Source: Candidatus Omnitrophota bacterium (GTDB lineage: Bacteria > Omnitrophota > Gorgyraeia > Gygaellales > Profunditerraquicolaceae). Taken from it: a stretch of 64,000 nucleotides of DNA. The stretch lies in assembly GCA_026387335.1 (NCBI GenBank), contig JAPLLX010000002.1:13326-77325 (forward strand). Direction: 5' to 3'. A program made the translations under genes and the position numbers. Positions 51,105 through 60,609 of this stretch are shown here, one piece after another. The notes under the pieces are model-generated. The model had not been told where the DNA came from, made no database searches, and saw only the letters and a list, made by a program, of their open reading frames with translations. Within the stretch, counting starts at the first letter, position 1; every line of letters starts with the position of its first letter.

Positions 51105-52003
51105 GCGATTTGCCGAAAGACTTAAGGGAGAAATTAAAAGAAAAATTTATTATTACCGGGCTTAAAGTCGCCAAGCGGTTGGAGTCCAGCGACGGGACTA
51201 AAAAAATACTCTTTAGATTGCAGGACGCAAATCTTATTGAGGCGGTGATTATTCCTTCTAAAGAAAGAGTCACAGGTTGCGTCTCGACACAGGTAGGCTG
51301 CAAATTTGCCTGCCGGTTTTGCGCCAGCGGACAAGGCAGATTTAAACGCAATCTTACATTTGCAGAAATAATAGGCGAAGTCTTATATCTAAAGAAGGAA
51401 GCATTACCGGGTAAGCTTACGCATCTGGTCTTTATGGGGACAGGTGAGCCGCTGGATAATTATGCGGAAGTGATGAAGGCGGTAAGAATCATTAATTCCC
51501 CGTCAGCTTTTAATATCGGAGCGCGCAGGATCACCATTTCAACCAGCGGAATAATCCCGGGTATCCAGAAGCTCTCCGGCGAAGGCCTACAAATAGAATT
51601 ATCGGTTTCATTGCATGCGGCCGACGAAAAACTAAGGTCTGAACTTATGCCGGTTAATAAAATATATCCGTTAAAAGAACTGATTAATACTTGCAAGAAA
51701 TACAGTTTAGATACTAACCGCCAGGTGACCTTGGAATATATTTTAATTAAAGGCGTAAATTCAGAGTTGCAACACGCCCAGGACTTAAGAAAATTGCTGA
51801 GCGGATTTCCGTTGGCTAAAATTAACCTTATCCCGTCTAATGCTATAAAGGAGCTTAATATAGAGCCACCCGGAAGGCCGGAGGTACTTTTATTTAAGGA
51901 ATATCTCGTTAAGAACGGCTTAAATGTTACTTTGCGCAGAGAACGCGGAGGAGATATCGAGGCTGCCTGCGGGCAATTGAGATTAAAATATGCTGAAAAA
52001 TAA
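50972..52003 (+). CDS. rlmN: 23S rRNA m2A2503 methyltransferase
   Basis: DGT.K.L, CVSTQVGCKFACRFC, MG.GEP, SLHA, AACGQL. Confidence 0.95.
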   Translation: MEDITKLSLEELEDKLKGSGAKGYHAGQIFSWIYNKATLDFAEMSDLPKDLREKLKEKFIITGLKVAKRLESSDGTKKILFRLQDANLIEAVIIPSKERVTGCVSTQVGCKFACRFCASGQGRFKRNLTFAEIIGEVLYLKKEALPGKLTHLVFMGTGEPLDNYAEVMKAVRIINSPSAFNIGARRITISTSGIIPGIQKLSGEGLQIELSVSLHAADEKLRSELMPVNKIYPLKELINTCKKYSLDTNRQVTLEYILIKGVNSELQHAQDLRKLLSGFPLAKINLIPSNAIKELNIEPPGRPEVLLFKEYLVKNGLNVTLRRERGGDIEAACGQLRLKYAEK

Positions 52004-52628
52004 ATTAAAGACAGTTGCTTTAGTTGCAATTATTTTGGGTTTTGGCATAACCGCGTTACTCCTGAACGTTAAAAGAGAGATTAAGAATACAAACTCAAAC
52101 GGGAAAAATATAATTTGCTACGGCGATAGTATTACTTTTGGCTATGGAGTTAATCCCGGGGAAGATTATCCTACTGCTTTGGCCAAGATAGTAAATAGGC
52201 CGGTGATAAATGTAGGTGTAGACGGAGACACTTCCACCGAAGGATTGCAGAGGATAAAGCAGGATGTCCTGGAAAAGGAGCCTTATATTGTTTTAATTGA
52301 ATTTACCGGGAATGATTTTCTTAAAAAAATCCCTATGGATTTGACAATTAGCAATATTAAGGAGATGGTTAGAGAGATCCAAGGTAGAGGCGCGATGACT
52401 GCCATTGTTGACGTAAGCGCCGGTTTATTCCTATTTGATTACCGCGTAAGGCTTTATCTACTTGCCCGCCAGACAGGCTCAATTTTTATTCCCGCCACTT
52501 TAAGCGGAATAATAACCAACCCGAGCATGAAGAGCGATTTTATGCATCCTAACGCCTCCGGATACAAAATAGTCGCCCAGCGCGTGTATCAGACGATTGA
52601 GCCATATTTAAACAAACCCCAAAAATAA
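51990..52628 (+). CDS. SGNH/GDSL arylesterase (TesA-like)
   Basis: GDSIT.G, N.GV.GDTS, GND, D..HPN. Confidence 0.9.
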   Translation: MLKNKLKTVALVAIILGFGITALLLNVKREIKNTNSNGKNIICYGDSITFGYGVNPGEDYPTALAKIVNRPVINVGVDGDTSTEGLQRIKQDVLEKEPYIVLIEFTGNDFLKKIPMDLTISNIKEMVREIQGRGAMTAIVDVSAGLFLFDYRVRLYLLARQTGSIFIPATLSGIITNPSMKSDFMHPNASGYKIVAQRVYQTIEPYLNKPQK

Positions 52629-52629
52629 A

Positions 52630-52661
52630 AAAATGGGCCATTGATATTTATAGCCCATTTT
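52630..52661. terminator. Hairpin between convergent esterase and tRNA-Leu genes
   Basis: AAAATGGGC/GCCCATTTT stem with A/T tracts on both sides. Confidence 0.5.
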
Positions 52662-52666
52662 ATAAA

Positions 52667-52749
52667 TGCCGGGAGAGGGAGTTGAACCCACATGAGCTTG
52701 CGCTCAACAGCTTTTGAGGCTGCCGCGTATGCCATTTCGCCATCCCGGC
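52667..52749 (-). tRNA. tRNA-Leu(CAA)
   Basis: Reverse complement folds as a cloverleaf: GCCGGGA acceptor, GCAGC-CTCAAAA-GCTGT anticodon arm, long variable arm GAGC-GCAA-GCTC, GGTTCAAC T-loop; CCA not encoded. Confidence 0.93.
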
Positions 52750-52762
52750 GATATTTTAATAG

Positions 52763-52803
52763 TTGACGCCAGTTATTTTATATTCTAAAATAGCAAAGGT
52801 CAA
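52763..52803. promoter_or_regulatory. Overlapping divergent sigma70 promoters for the two tRNAs
   Basis: + strand TTGACG(52763)-17-TAAAAT(52786-52791); - strand TTGACC(52803-52798)-17-TAAAAT(52780-52775). Confidence 0.7.
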
Positions 52804-52816
52804 TAGATATAATTAC

Positions 52817-52892
52817 GGGGCTGTAGCTCAGCTGGGAGAGCACTTGCATGGCATGCAAGGGGTCAGGAGTTCAATCCTCCTCAGCTCCACCA
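52817..52892 (+). tRNA. tRNA-Ala(GGC)
   Basis: GGGGCTGTAGCTCAGCTGGGAGAGC..., anticodon arm CTTGC-ATGGCAT-GCAAG, G3:U70 pair, encoded CCA. Confidence 0.97.
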
Positions 52893-52914
52893 AATTTTTG
52901 CGACAAGCAAAATT

Positions 52915-52940
52915 AAGGACGGATATCCTCCGTCCTTTTA
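52915..52940 (+). terminator. Intrinsic terminator after tRNA-Ala
   Basis: AAGGACGGA/TCCGTCCTT stem ending in a T run. Confidence 0.7.
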
Positions 52941-52993
52941 TGGTTAGAAGAGCTATTGACGCTCCACTTCCAGAGAGGTATAATTTAAAGGCT

Positions 52994-53839
52994 ATGATTT
53001 TAGGAGCGCATATATCCGGGGTAGGTAAGATTTATCAAACACTTGATCGCGCGCATGAATTAAAGTGCCAGACCATGCAGATTTTTGCCCGCAATCCCCA
53101 GCAATGGCGCGCAGGCAATTTAGACTCTAAAGATATAGAAGAATTCAAGCTCAGGCGCAAAAAATTTCATATTGACCCTGTTTTTATCCATATCTCTTAC
53201 CTGATTAACCTGGCTTCGCCTAACCCTAAACTTTATCAGGGTTCAATCCGGGCTTATGTTGAAGATATGCAGGATGCGGATAAATTAAAAGCCGATTACA
53301 TTGTCACGCATATGGGTAGCCATAAGGAGACCTCTGAAGAAGCCGGGATAAAAAGGCTGGTTGTGGCTTTGAATAAAATCCTCAGCCAAACTAAGGGTTC
53401 TAAAGTGGGGATATTGCTGGAGAATACCTCCGGTAGCGGTTCCTGGCTGGGGTATACCTTCGCTCATCAGAAAAAAATTATCGCCGGATTAAAAGAAAAA
53501 TCGCGCGTGGGGCTTTGTTTAGATACAGCGCACGCTTATTTAGCCGGTTACGATATAGCGACCAAGAAAGGCCTGGATAAAATGCTGGCTGAGGTTGATG
53601 CTCAAGTCGGCTTAAAACTGCTTAAGCTCATTCATTTAAATGACGCTTACGGAAAGTTAGCTTCGCATCATGACCGGCATGACCATATCGGTAAAGGGAG
53701 CATAGGTTTAGAGGGAATGCAAAGAATCATAAATCATCCGAAATTAAAGAATATTCCGATGATTTTAGAGACGCCTAAGGATGATGAAACCAGCGACGCG
53801 TTGAATCTGGCGTTGGTGAGAAAACTAAGTAAAAATTAA
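52994..53839 (+). CDS. nfo: Endonuclease IV
   Basis: [42 protein letters not shown]; start moved to ATG 52994, preceded by TTGACG-17-TATAAT (52956-52984). Confidence 0.95.
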   Translation: MILGAHISGVGKIYQTLDRAHELKCQTMQIFARNPQQWRAGNLDSKDIEEFKLRRKKFHIDPVFIHISYLINLASPNPKLYQGSIRAYVEDMQDADKLKADYIVTHMGSHKETSEEAGIKRLVVALNKILSQTKGSKVGILLENTSGSGSWLGYTFAHQKKIIAGLKEKSRVGLCLDTAHAYLAGYDIATKKGLDKMLAEVDAQVGLKLLKLIHLNDAYGKLASHHDRHDHIGKGSIGLEGMQRIINHPKLKNIPMILETPKDDETSDALNLALVRKLSKN

Positions 53840-53844
53840 AAATT

Positions 53845-56244
53845 ATGTATTACGAATTTAGAAAAATAGAAAAAAAGTGGCAGAGAAATTGGCAGAAAGC
53901 TAAATCTTTTTGCGCCCGGATAGCGCCCGACAAGAAAAAGTACTATCTTCTGGAGATGTTCCCTTACCCATCGGGGAAGATCCATATGGGCCATGTGCGC
54001 AATTATACTATCGGCGACGTGGCCAGCCGTTTTAAGATCCTGGAAGGTTATAATGTTATGCATCCGATGGGATTTGACGCTTTTGGCCAGCCCGCGGAGA
54101 ACGCCGCGATAAAAAATAAGACCAAGCCGGATGCCTGGACGCATAAATGCATCCGTGAGATGGAAAATGAGCTTAAGAAGATGGGTTTTTCTTATGACTG
54201 GGAACGGGAAGTCTCTACCTGCGACAGCTCATATTATAAGTGGAACCAGTGGATTTTCTTAAAGATGCTTGAGCGAGGCCTGGCCTATAAAAAAGCTTCT
54301 GCCGTGAATTGGTGCCCGAATTGCGCGACTACTTTAGCCAATGAAGAGGTGGTTGATGGAGGCTGCTGGCGCTGCCAGGCAAAAGTAGAACAAAAAGATC
54401 TGGAGCAATGGTATTTGAATATTACCGAATATAAAGAACGGCTTTTAGAGGATTTGCGACAATTGTCCAACTGGCCCGAACGCGTAGTGAGTATGCAGGA
54501 AAATTGGATCGGTAAAAGCCAGGGTGTGGAGATTTATTTTAAATTGAAAGACAGTAAACGAACAATTTCGGTTTTTACGACGCGCGTTGACACGATTTTT
54601 GGCGCAACTTACATTGTTTTAGCTCCGGAACATCCTTTGGTTAAGGAGTTAATTAAAGGTAAGCCGCAGGAGAATGCAGCGCTGAAATTTATTGATAAAG
54701 TAGCCCAAGAGAGCAAGGTTGTGCGCGCGTCTTCGGATGTTAAGAAGGAAGGTATTTTTACCGGAAGTTTCGCGGTCAATCCGGTAAATAACGAAGAAGT
54801 CCCGGTTTGGCTCGCGGATTACGTTTTAATGGAGTATGGGACAGGCGCGATTATGGCTGTGCCCACGCATGACCAACGGGATTTCCTTTTTGCCAAAGAG
54901 CACGGCTTAGGAATGCGGGTTGTCATTCAGCCTAAAGAAAAAAATGTTCAGTCTATAGATGAATTAACCGAAGCCTATGAAGGCGAAGGCCGGCAAGTTA
55001 ATTCCGGAGAGTTTGACGGTCTATCCAGTCAGGAAGCTAAAATAAAAATTGCCGAATGGATGGAGAGGAAGGGGATCGGAAAGATCCAAACGCATTGGCG
55101 CTTACGCGACTGGCTCATTTCGCGGCAGCGTTATTGGGGGACTCCTATTCCGGTTATTTATTGCCCTAAGTGCGGGGTTGTCCCGGTTCCTTATAAAGAT
55201 TTGCCGGTCGAACTCCCTAAAGACGCTCCTTTTACCGGGGAGGGAGGTAACCCCTTAGGCAAGGTGAAAAAATTCGTGGAAGTAAAATGCCCCAAGTGTA
55301 AAGGCCTGGCCCGTCGGGAAACCGATACCATGGCTACTTTTTTTGACTCTTCCTGGTATTTCCTGAGGTTCTGCTCGCCAAAATTTAAAAACGGCCCGTT
55401 TGATGAAAAAGAAACCGCGTATTGGATGACAGTTGACCAGTATATCGGCGGGATAGAGCATGCGATTTTACATCTTTTGTATTCGCGTTTCTTTACGAAA
55501 TTTTTTAAAGATATCGGTATGATAAATTTTGATGAACCATTTAACCGCTTGCTTACCCAGGGGATGGTTTTAAAAGATGGCGAAGTTATGTCTAAGTCCA
55601 AAGGCAATATTGTTGACCCGGATATTATGATTCAAAAATACGGAGCGGATACTTTGAGGCTTTTTATTTTATTTGCCGCGCCTCCAGAAACCGAACTGGA
55701 ATGGGATGACCGGGGCTTAGAAGGCAGCCATAAATTCTTAAACCGCGTCTGGCGCATTCAGGAAAATTTAAAAGATAAAGCTGACCCGGCTTTAGCTCGA
55801 GCGCTGCATAAGACAATAAAAAAAGTTACGCAGGATTTCCGGGAATTTAAATTTAACACCGCTATAGCCAGTATGATGGAGTTAACCAATGCGATTTACC
55901 AGTCCGCGGCGGATAAAGATGTTTTTTCTAAGTTAATCATTATGCTTAGCCCAATTTGTCCGCATTTTTGTGAAGAACTCTGGCAGATATTGGGAAACAA
56001 AGGAAGCGTTTTAAAAGCGGGCTGGCCGGAAGTCGATCCGCATATGCTGGTTGAAGATAGCCTGACTATTGTCATTCAGGTTAACGGTAAAGTGCGTTTA
56101 AAAATTGAAGTGCCCGCGGAAATCGCGGAAAGCCAGCTTAAAGAAATGGTTTTAGCTGACGCAAGACTGACCCCCTGGATTCAAAATAAGCCTGTCAAAA
56201 ATTTTATCCTCGTCCCCAAAAAACTCATCAATATCGTAGTCTAA
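53845..56244 (+). CDS. leuS: Leucine--tRNA ligase
   Basis: [46 protein letters not shown]. Confidence 0.98.
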   Translation: MYYEFRKIEKKWQRNWQKAKSFCARIAPDKKKYYLLEMFPYPSGKIHMGHVRNYTIGDVASRFKILEGYNVMHPMGFDAFGQPAENAAIKNKTKPDAWTHKCIREMENELKKMGFSYDWEREVSTCDSSYYKWNQWIFLKMLERGLAYKKASAVNWCPNCATTLANEEVVDGGCWRCQAKVEQKDLEQWYLNITEYKERLLEDLRQLSNWPERVVSMQENWIGKSQGVEIYFKLKDSKRTISVFTTRVDTIFGATYIVLAPEHPLVKELIKGKPQENAALKFIDKVAQESKVVRASSDVKKEGIFTGSFAVNPVNNEEVPVWLADYVLMEYGTGAIMAVPTHDQRDFLFAKEHGLGMRVVIQPKEKNVQSIDELTEAYEGEGRQVNSGEFDGLSSQEAKIKIAEWMERKGIGKIQTHWRLRDWLISRQRYWGTPIPVIYCPKCGVVPVPYKDLPVELPKDAPFTGEGGNPLGKVKKFVEVKCPKCKGLARRETDTMATFFDSSWYFLRFCSPKFKNGPFDEKETAYWMTVDQYIGGIEHAILHLLYSRFFTKFFKDIGMINFDEPFNRLLTQGMVLKDGEVMSKSKGNIVDPDIMIQKYGADTLRLFILFAAPPETELEWDDRGLEGSHKFLNRVWRIQENLKDKADPALARALHKTIKKVTQDFREFKFNTAIASMMELTNAIYQSAADKDVFSKLIIMLSPICPHFCEELWQILGNKGSVLKAGWPEVDPHMLVEDSLTIVIQVNGKVRLKIEVPAEIAESQLKEMVLADARLTPWIQNKPVKNFILVPKKLINIVV

Positions 56245-56249
56245 ATTAG

Positions 56250-56328
56250 TTAGGGACGGTTCTCAAGCTAATCTTAAAGTGTCCCCATTAAGGGGACACT
56301 TTAGCTTTGAGTTGAGAACCGTCCCTAA
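56250..56328. repeat. Palindrome family 2, copy 2
   Basis: Near-identical to 50889-50963. Confidence 0.92.
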
Positions 56329-56381
56329 TATTTAGTTAGATTTTGTTTCCTGCCACGTCTATTAGAGCAGGAGGTGGGAAG

Positions 56382-56711
56382 ATGGTTAACTTTACGCAGG
56401 AGGAGAGAAAGGTTGTTTTGTTTCTGGGAATAGTTGCGCTATTGGGGGTGGGGGTAAATTTTGCGGCCAAACAGTTTGGCCCAGGCAAAAGTATAGCCAG
56501 TTTTTCCGAGGATTTAGGGAAAGTAGATTTAAACAGCGCGGATAAAAAACTCCTTATGGGAGTATCCGGCATCGGAGAAAAGCTGGCCGGCCGGATTATT
56601 GAATACCGTGATAAACATGAAGGTTTTGGCGATCTAAATGAGCTTAGAGATATAAAAGGAGTCAGTGATTCTAAATTCGTAAAAATAAAAGAATATCTAG
56701 CCATTAAATGA
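56382..56711 (+). CDS. comEA: ComEA-like helix-hairpin-helix DNA receptor
   Basis: FT.EER plus TM, VDLNSA, GIG..LA.RII.YR...GF...EL..IKGV. Confidence 0.85.
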   Translation: MVNFTQEERKVVLFLGIVALLGVGVNFAAKQFGPGKSIASFSEDLGKVDLNSADKKLLMGVSGIGEKLAGRIIEYRDKHEGFGDLNELRDIKGVSDSKFVKIKEYLAIK

Positions 56712-58090
56712 AGCTTAATTTAGCCTGGATTACGCTTTGGTTTTGCGCTGGAATAACCTTCGCGTGCTTTATAATAATTCCCTTTTGGCTTCTTTATTCC
56801 ATCGCCCTTATCCTGCTTGTCGCCGTTATCTTTTTTCTGAAAAAAGATTTTACAGGTAGGGTATTGTTTTTAAGTTTAATCTTTATCCTCGGAGCGCTCC
56901 TTTTAAGTAATGCCTGTGCCTTGCCTAAGGCGCATATATCCAAGTTTATCTTTTACAAAAATAACACAATATTCGCGGTTAAAGGTTTTCTTAACAGCGA
57001 GCCTGCCGTAAAAGAAAGGAAAACCTATTTTAACTTTACTACTCAAGAGTTACGATTTAATAAGAGCAGTTATAAATGCTCCGGGGATATTTTCGTCATC
57101 CTAAAAAGCCCGGAAGATCTATCCTACGGAGAAGCTTTAATTTTAAGAGGAAGCCTGCATAAGCCGTTTAAGCTTTACCGGAAGGATCTAGCCGCAATCA
57201 TGCGCGTAAATAATCCCGCCTCTATCATAAAGCTGCATAAAAATTACGGCCAGCCGCTGCAAAAGCTCGCATTTTATATTAAGGGAGAGATAGAAAAAAC
57301 AATTTACCAAAGGCTTTCTCCTTTAACCGCTAGCATTTTGGATGCGATGGTTTTGGGCGATAAGAAAAATATCCCGGCAGTAGTTTACGATTCAATGGCC
57401 AAAACAGGCACAGTGCATATCCTGGTTGTCAGTGGTTTTAATGTGGGTATTGTCGCGTTTATAATTATGCTTTCTTTTAAGGTCTTGCGTTTTCCCCGCA
57501 AGGTGAGGTATATCCTGGCAATATTTTGCGTAATAATTTATTGCTTGGCTACGGGCGCGTCTGCTCCGGTTGTGCGCGCGACTACTATGGCCGTATTCTT
57601 CTTAACCGGGTTTCTTATAAGAAGGGAGCCGGATATCCGCAATTCATTTTCCTTGGCCGTGTTATTTATCCTCTTAATTAACCCAAAAGAGCTGTTTTCT
57701 ATAAGTTTCCAGCTTTCTTTTGTGAGCGTAGCGGCAATAGTCTTTCTTTACCCTCAACTTAGAATATTTTTCCGAGTTGATTCCTTTAGACCTAAGGTTT
57801 TCAGGCTCTTAGCCGAAAGCGCACTGGTTTCATTATCCGCCTGGCTGGGCACCCTGGGATTTATCGCTTATTATTTCAGGTTTTTTTCGCCCGTTACCGT
57901 CTTAGCGAATTTATTTATTGTCCCATTAGCCACCTTAATCACACTCTCCGGTTTTAGCCTGGCGGTCATTTCTCTGGTTTTCCCGGCTGGCGCGGGTTTC
58001 TTTGCTTGCGCCAATGAGTTCTTCGTGGCCCTGCTTTTGGCTGCTAATAATATGCTTGTCCGCCTGCCTTTTGCTTACCTATATCTGTGA
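56708..58090 (+). CDS. comEC: ComEC/Rec2 competence channel (no C-terminal beta-lactamase domain)
   Basis: TGT.HILVVSGFNV, GAS.PVVRA, SFQLSF, ANL..VP. Confidence 0.9.
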   Translation: MKLNLAWITLWFCAGITFACFIIIPFWLLYSIALILLVAVIFFLKKDFTGRVLFLSLIFILGALLLSNACALPKAHISKFIFYKNNTIFAVKGFLNSEPAVKERKTYFNFTTQELRFNKSSYKCSGDIFVILKSPEDLSYGEALILRGSLHKPFKLYRKDLAAIMRVNNPASIIKLHKNYGQPLQKLAFYIKGEIEKTIYQRLSPLTASILDAMVLGDKKNIPAVVYDSMAKTGTVHILVVSGFNVGIVAFIIMLSFKVLRFPRKVRYILAIFCVIIYCLATGASAPVVRATTMAVFFLTGFLIRREPDIRNSFSLAVLFILLINPKELFSISFQLSFVSVAAIVFLYPQLRIFFRVDSFRPKVFRLLAESALVSLSAWLGTLGFIAYYFRFFSPVTVLANLFIVPLATLITLSGFSLAVISLVFPAGAGFFACANEFFVALLLAANNMLVRLPFAYLYL

Positions 58091-58108
58091 TTTTCACCCT
58101 TAATCTGT

Positions 58109-58137
58109 TTGACAAATAAGGCCCCTTGTGTTAAAGT
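58109..58137 (+). promoter_or_regulatory. sigma70-type promoter TTGACA-17-TAAAGT
   Basis: 9 nt upstream of ATG 58147. Confidence 0.6.
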
Positions 58138-58146
58138 TGTAATGTT

Positions 58147-59088
58147 ATGCGACGGATAATTTTAAGTTTCTGTATTATTTTTACCTTAACGGCCAGTCCG
58201 GCCTACCCCTTTTGGATCTGGACTCCCAAAACCGGCAAATGGGTAAACCCCAAGAATGTCGCCAAAGATAGCCCTAAGGCCCAGTTTGATTTTGCCAAAG
58301 ACTTCTACAGCGAGAAAAAGTACCCTGATGCCCTGCGGGAATTTAAAAAACTGCTTAAGACTTATCCTAAATCTTTTGAGGCCTCGGAAGCCCAATATTA
58401 CCTGGGGCTCATTGAGGAAGAGCAGGGGAATCTTTACGAGGCGTACCTGGCTTATCAGCGGGTTGTGGATAAGTATCCTTTTTCCGAACGGATTAAAGAG
58501 GTGATTGAGAAAGAATATAATATTGCCGAGCAATTTATCGCCGGCTTAAAACGTAAGGCCTTAGGGGTGGTTTTACCAGTTGAAAACCCGGCGATAGAGA
58601 TACTCACCAAGGTTGTGGAGAATTCAACCTACGGGCCTTTGGCGCCTAAGGCAGAATATAAATTGGGGCTGCTTTTAAAAGGCCTCCAGCGTTACTATGA
58701 GGCGGAGGATGCTTTTAATAAAGTAATCAATAATTATCCCGACAGCGAATGGACCGAGCCGGCCAGGTTCCAGATCGCCACCTGTCGCGCGGCTGTGTCC
58801 CGCGGGCCGGACTATGACCAGGGCGCTATGCAGGACGCCAAACAAAAATTTGAGGAGTTCGTCAGGGAGCATCCCGACGCGGTATTATCAAAAGACGCTG
58901 AAGAAAATATCAATATATTGAAAGAAAAAGAAGCGGCAGCCAGTTACAATATCGCGGTGTTTTATGAAAAACAGAAGGCTTATAAGGCCGCCAGGATCTA
59001 TTATGAAAACGTAATCAATAATTATTCGGATACCGCTTGGAGCGCGAAAGCGCTTGAGCGCTTACAGGTAATGGAGAAGAAAAAATGA
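58147..59088 (+). CDS. BamD/YfiO-like TPR protein
   Basis: Repeated YP.S...AQY TPR units, YDQ....A...F..F...P; upstream of lptE. Confidence 0.75.
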   Translation: MRRIILSFCIIFTLTASPAYPFWIWTPKTGKWVNPKNVAKDSPKAQFDFAKDFYSEKKYPDALREFKKLLKTYPKSFEASEAQYYLGLIEEEQGNLYEAYLAYQRVVDKYPFSERIKEVIEKEYNIAEQFIAGLKRKALGVVLPVENPAIEILTKVVENSTYGPLAPKAEYKLGLLLKGLQRYYEAEDAFNKVINNYPDSEWTEPARFQIATCRAAVSRGPDYDQGAMQDAKQKFEEFVREHPDAVLSKDAEENINILKEKEAAASYNIAVFYEKQKAYKAARIYYENVINNYSDTAWSAKALERLQVMEKKK

Positions 59089-59648
59089 GGAAAAGACAGA
59101 GTTTATTTTTGGCCTTAACTGCCGTAAGTTATCTGGTAGCTGCTGTTTTACTCTCTGGATGCGGGTATACCACCCGTTCTATGGCCAACAGCAAGTACAG
59201 GACTATACATATTGAGCCTTTCCTGAATAAAGTAAATATAACTAACGAAGCCGATACCGCCAATAAATACAGATTATACAGGCCGATGATCGAAACCGAT
59301 ATTACCAGGTACGTAAGTAACAGGTATCTTTTTGATGGGAACTTGCGCCCGATAGGTGAGGGTAGTAACGCCGACCTTATCTTAAAAGGTGAAGTCATAG
59401 ATTTCCGCAAGGATCCTTTACGTTATGATAATGGCGATAACGTAAGCGAATACCGCATTAATCTGGTAGTCAATATCAGCCTTTGGGAGACAAAAGAAAA
59501 TAAGCTGATTTGGCAGGAGAATGGTTTTACCGGAGATACTACCTATTTTGCGACCGGCACGCAGTCAAAAACTGAAGACGCGGCGGTAACCGACGCCCTT
59601 AATGATCTTAGCCGCAGGATTGTGGAGCGGACAGTCGAACAGTGGTAA
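59085..59648 (+). CDS. lptE: LptE-like lipoprotein
   Basis: Lipobox LSGC-GY, ADL.L.G, context between leuS and holA. Confidence 0.8.
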   Translation: MRKRQSLFLALTAVSYLVAAVLLSGCGYTTRSMANSKYRTIHIEPFLNKVNITNEADTANKYRLYRPMIETDITRYVSNRYLFDGNLRPIGEGSNADLILKGEVIDFRKDPLRYDNGDNVSEYRINLVVNISLWETKENKLIWQENGFTGDTTYFATGTQSKTEDAAVTDALNDLSRRIVERTVEQW

Positions 59649-59661
59649 GTACTGATAGTAA

Positions 59662-60333
59662 ATGATTTATTTATTTATCGGCCAGGATTCTTCCTTTCGA
59701 GACTCTCCCTTAAGCTGCAAAGATATCCAGTTCCAACAGATTAAAAAAGAGTTCTTACCTAAAGAAGTAGAGCAGTTTAATCTGGATATACTTTACGCCG
59801 AGGCGCTTAAATTAAAAGAACTGCAGGAAAAACTCTCAGCCCTTCCGGTAGAATCCTCCAAGAGAATAATAGTAATAAGGAATGCCCAGGAATTGCCTTC
59901 GGATATAGAAGATTTTATACAGCGCTGGGCTAAAGGTGAACGTAAAGATATCGTGCTGCTTTTGGATATAGCCGAACAGGGCAAAAAGGAAGCGTTTTTG
60001 CGGAAGATATATAAATACGCAAAAATATTCCGTTTTAAAGAGCCTCAGGCGCTGAATACCTTTAATCTTACCCGTTCAATAGAGCAAAGAAAGCCGGATT
60101 ACGCGCTTAAGTTATTAGAGCAGCTTTTAAAAGACGGCGAGAGGCCGGAGAGGATATTGGGTGGTTTAAGATATACTCTGGAAAATAGCCCGCTGAATCC
60201 GCTTGAGATAAAACGCAGGGTCAAAATGCTCTTGGAATGCGATGTTGAAATAAAAACGGGCAAAGCTAAGCCCGTTTTTGCTTTAGAAAAATTGATTGTA
60301 AGGTTATGCGCCCTTGCCCAGCCGTTTCATTAG
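59662..60333 (+). CDS. holA: DNA polymerase III delta-like subunit (short)
   Basis: IYLFIG, FN...Y, LP.....R.IVI, D..IKTG......LE; next to lptE and rpsT. Confidence 0.75.
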   Translation: MIYLFIGQDSSFRDSPLSCKDIQFQQIKKEFLPKEVEQFNLDILYAEALKLKELQEKLSALPVESSKRIIVIRNAQELPSDIEDFIQRWAKGERKDIVLLLDIAEQGKKEAFLRKIYKYAKIFRFKEPQALNTFNLTRSIEQRKPDYALKLLEQLLKDGERPERILGGLRYTLENSPLNPLEIKRRVKMLLECDVEIKTGKAKPVFALEKLIVRLCALAQPFH

Positions 60334-60567
60334 GCGGGATTTCTTGCGGTTGGCTGTCGCGGGGTGAATCGTTCTTTTCTTCGCCGCTTTATCCAACTGG
60401 GAAAATACTTGGCCTAAAAGTTTTTTAGCTTCGGCAATGTTTTTTGCCGCCATTAGGCCGCTAAACTGCTTGATTGTTTTTTTGAGCTGCTGCTTTATTT
60501 TTAAGTTTTGCAGATGCTTTTTCTTATCTTGGCGCGTTTTCTTAATCGATGTTCTGCGTCTGGGCAT
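60304..60567 (-). CDS. rpsT: 30S ribosomal protein S20
   Basis: MP...S.KK.RQ, LDKAAKK..IH...A.RKKSRL; start ATG 60567 with AGGAG. Confidence 0.95.
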   Translation of the reverse strand: MPRRRTSIKKTRQDKKKHLQNLKIKQQLKKTIKQFSGLMAAKNIAEAKKLLGQVFSQLDKAAKKRTIHPATANRKKSRLMKRLGKGA

Positions 60568-60609
60568 ATTATTTTCTCCTTTTAAGTAAATTAGCATAAT
60601 TAATTATTT

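Noticed and set aside
52667-52940. tRNA-anchored prophage or genomic island
   Set aside because: No integrase, no duplicated tRNA 3' end noticed, and housekeeping genes on both sides.
52763-52993. N-terminal extension of endonuclease IV
   Set aside because: The extension runs through the tRNA-Ala gene and its terminator; homology starts at ATG 52994.
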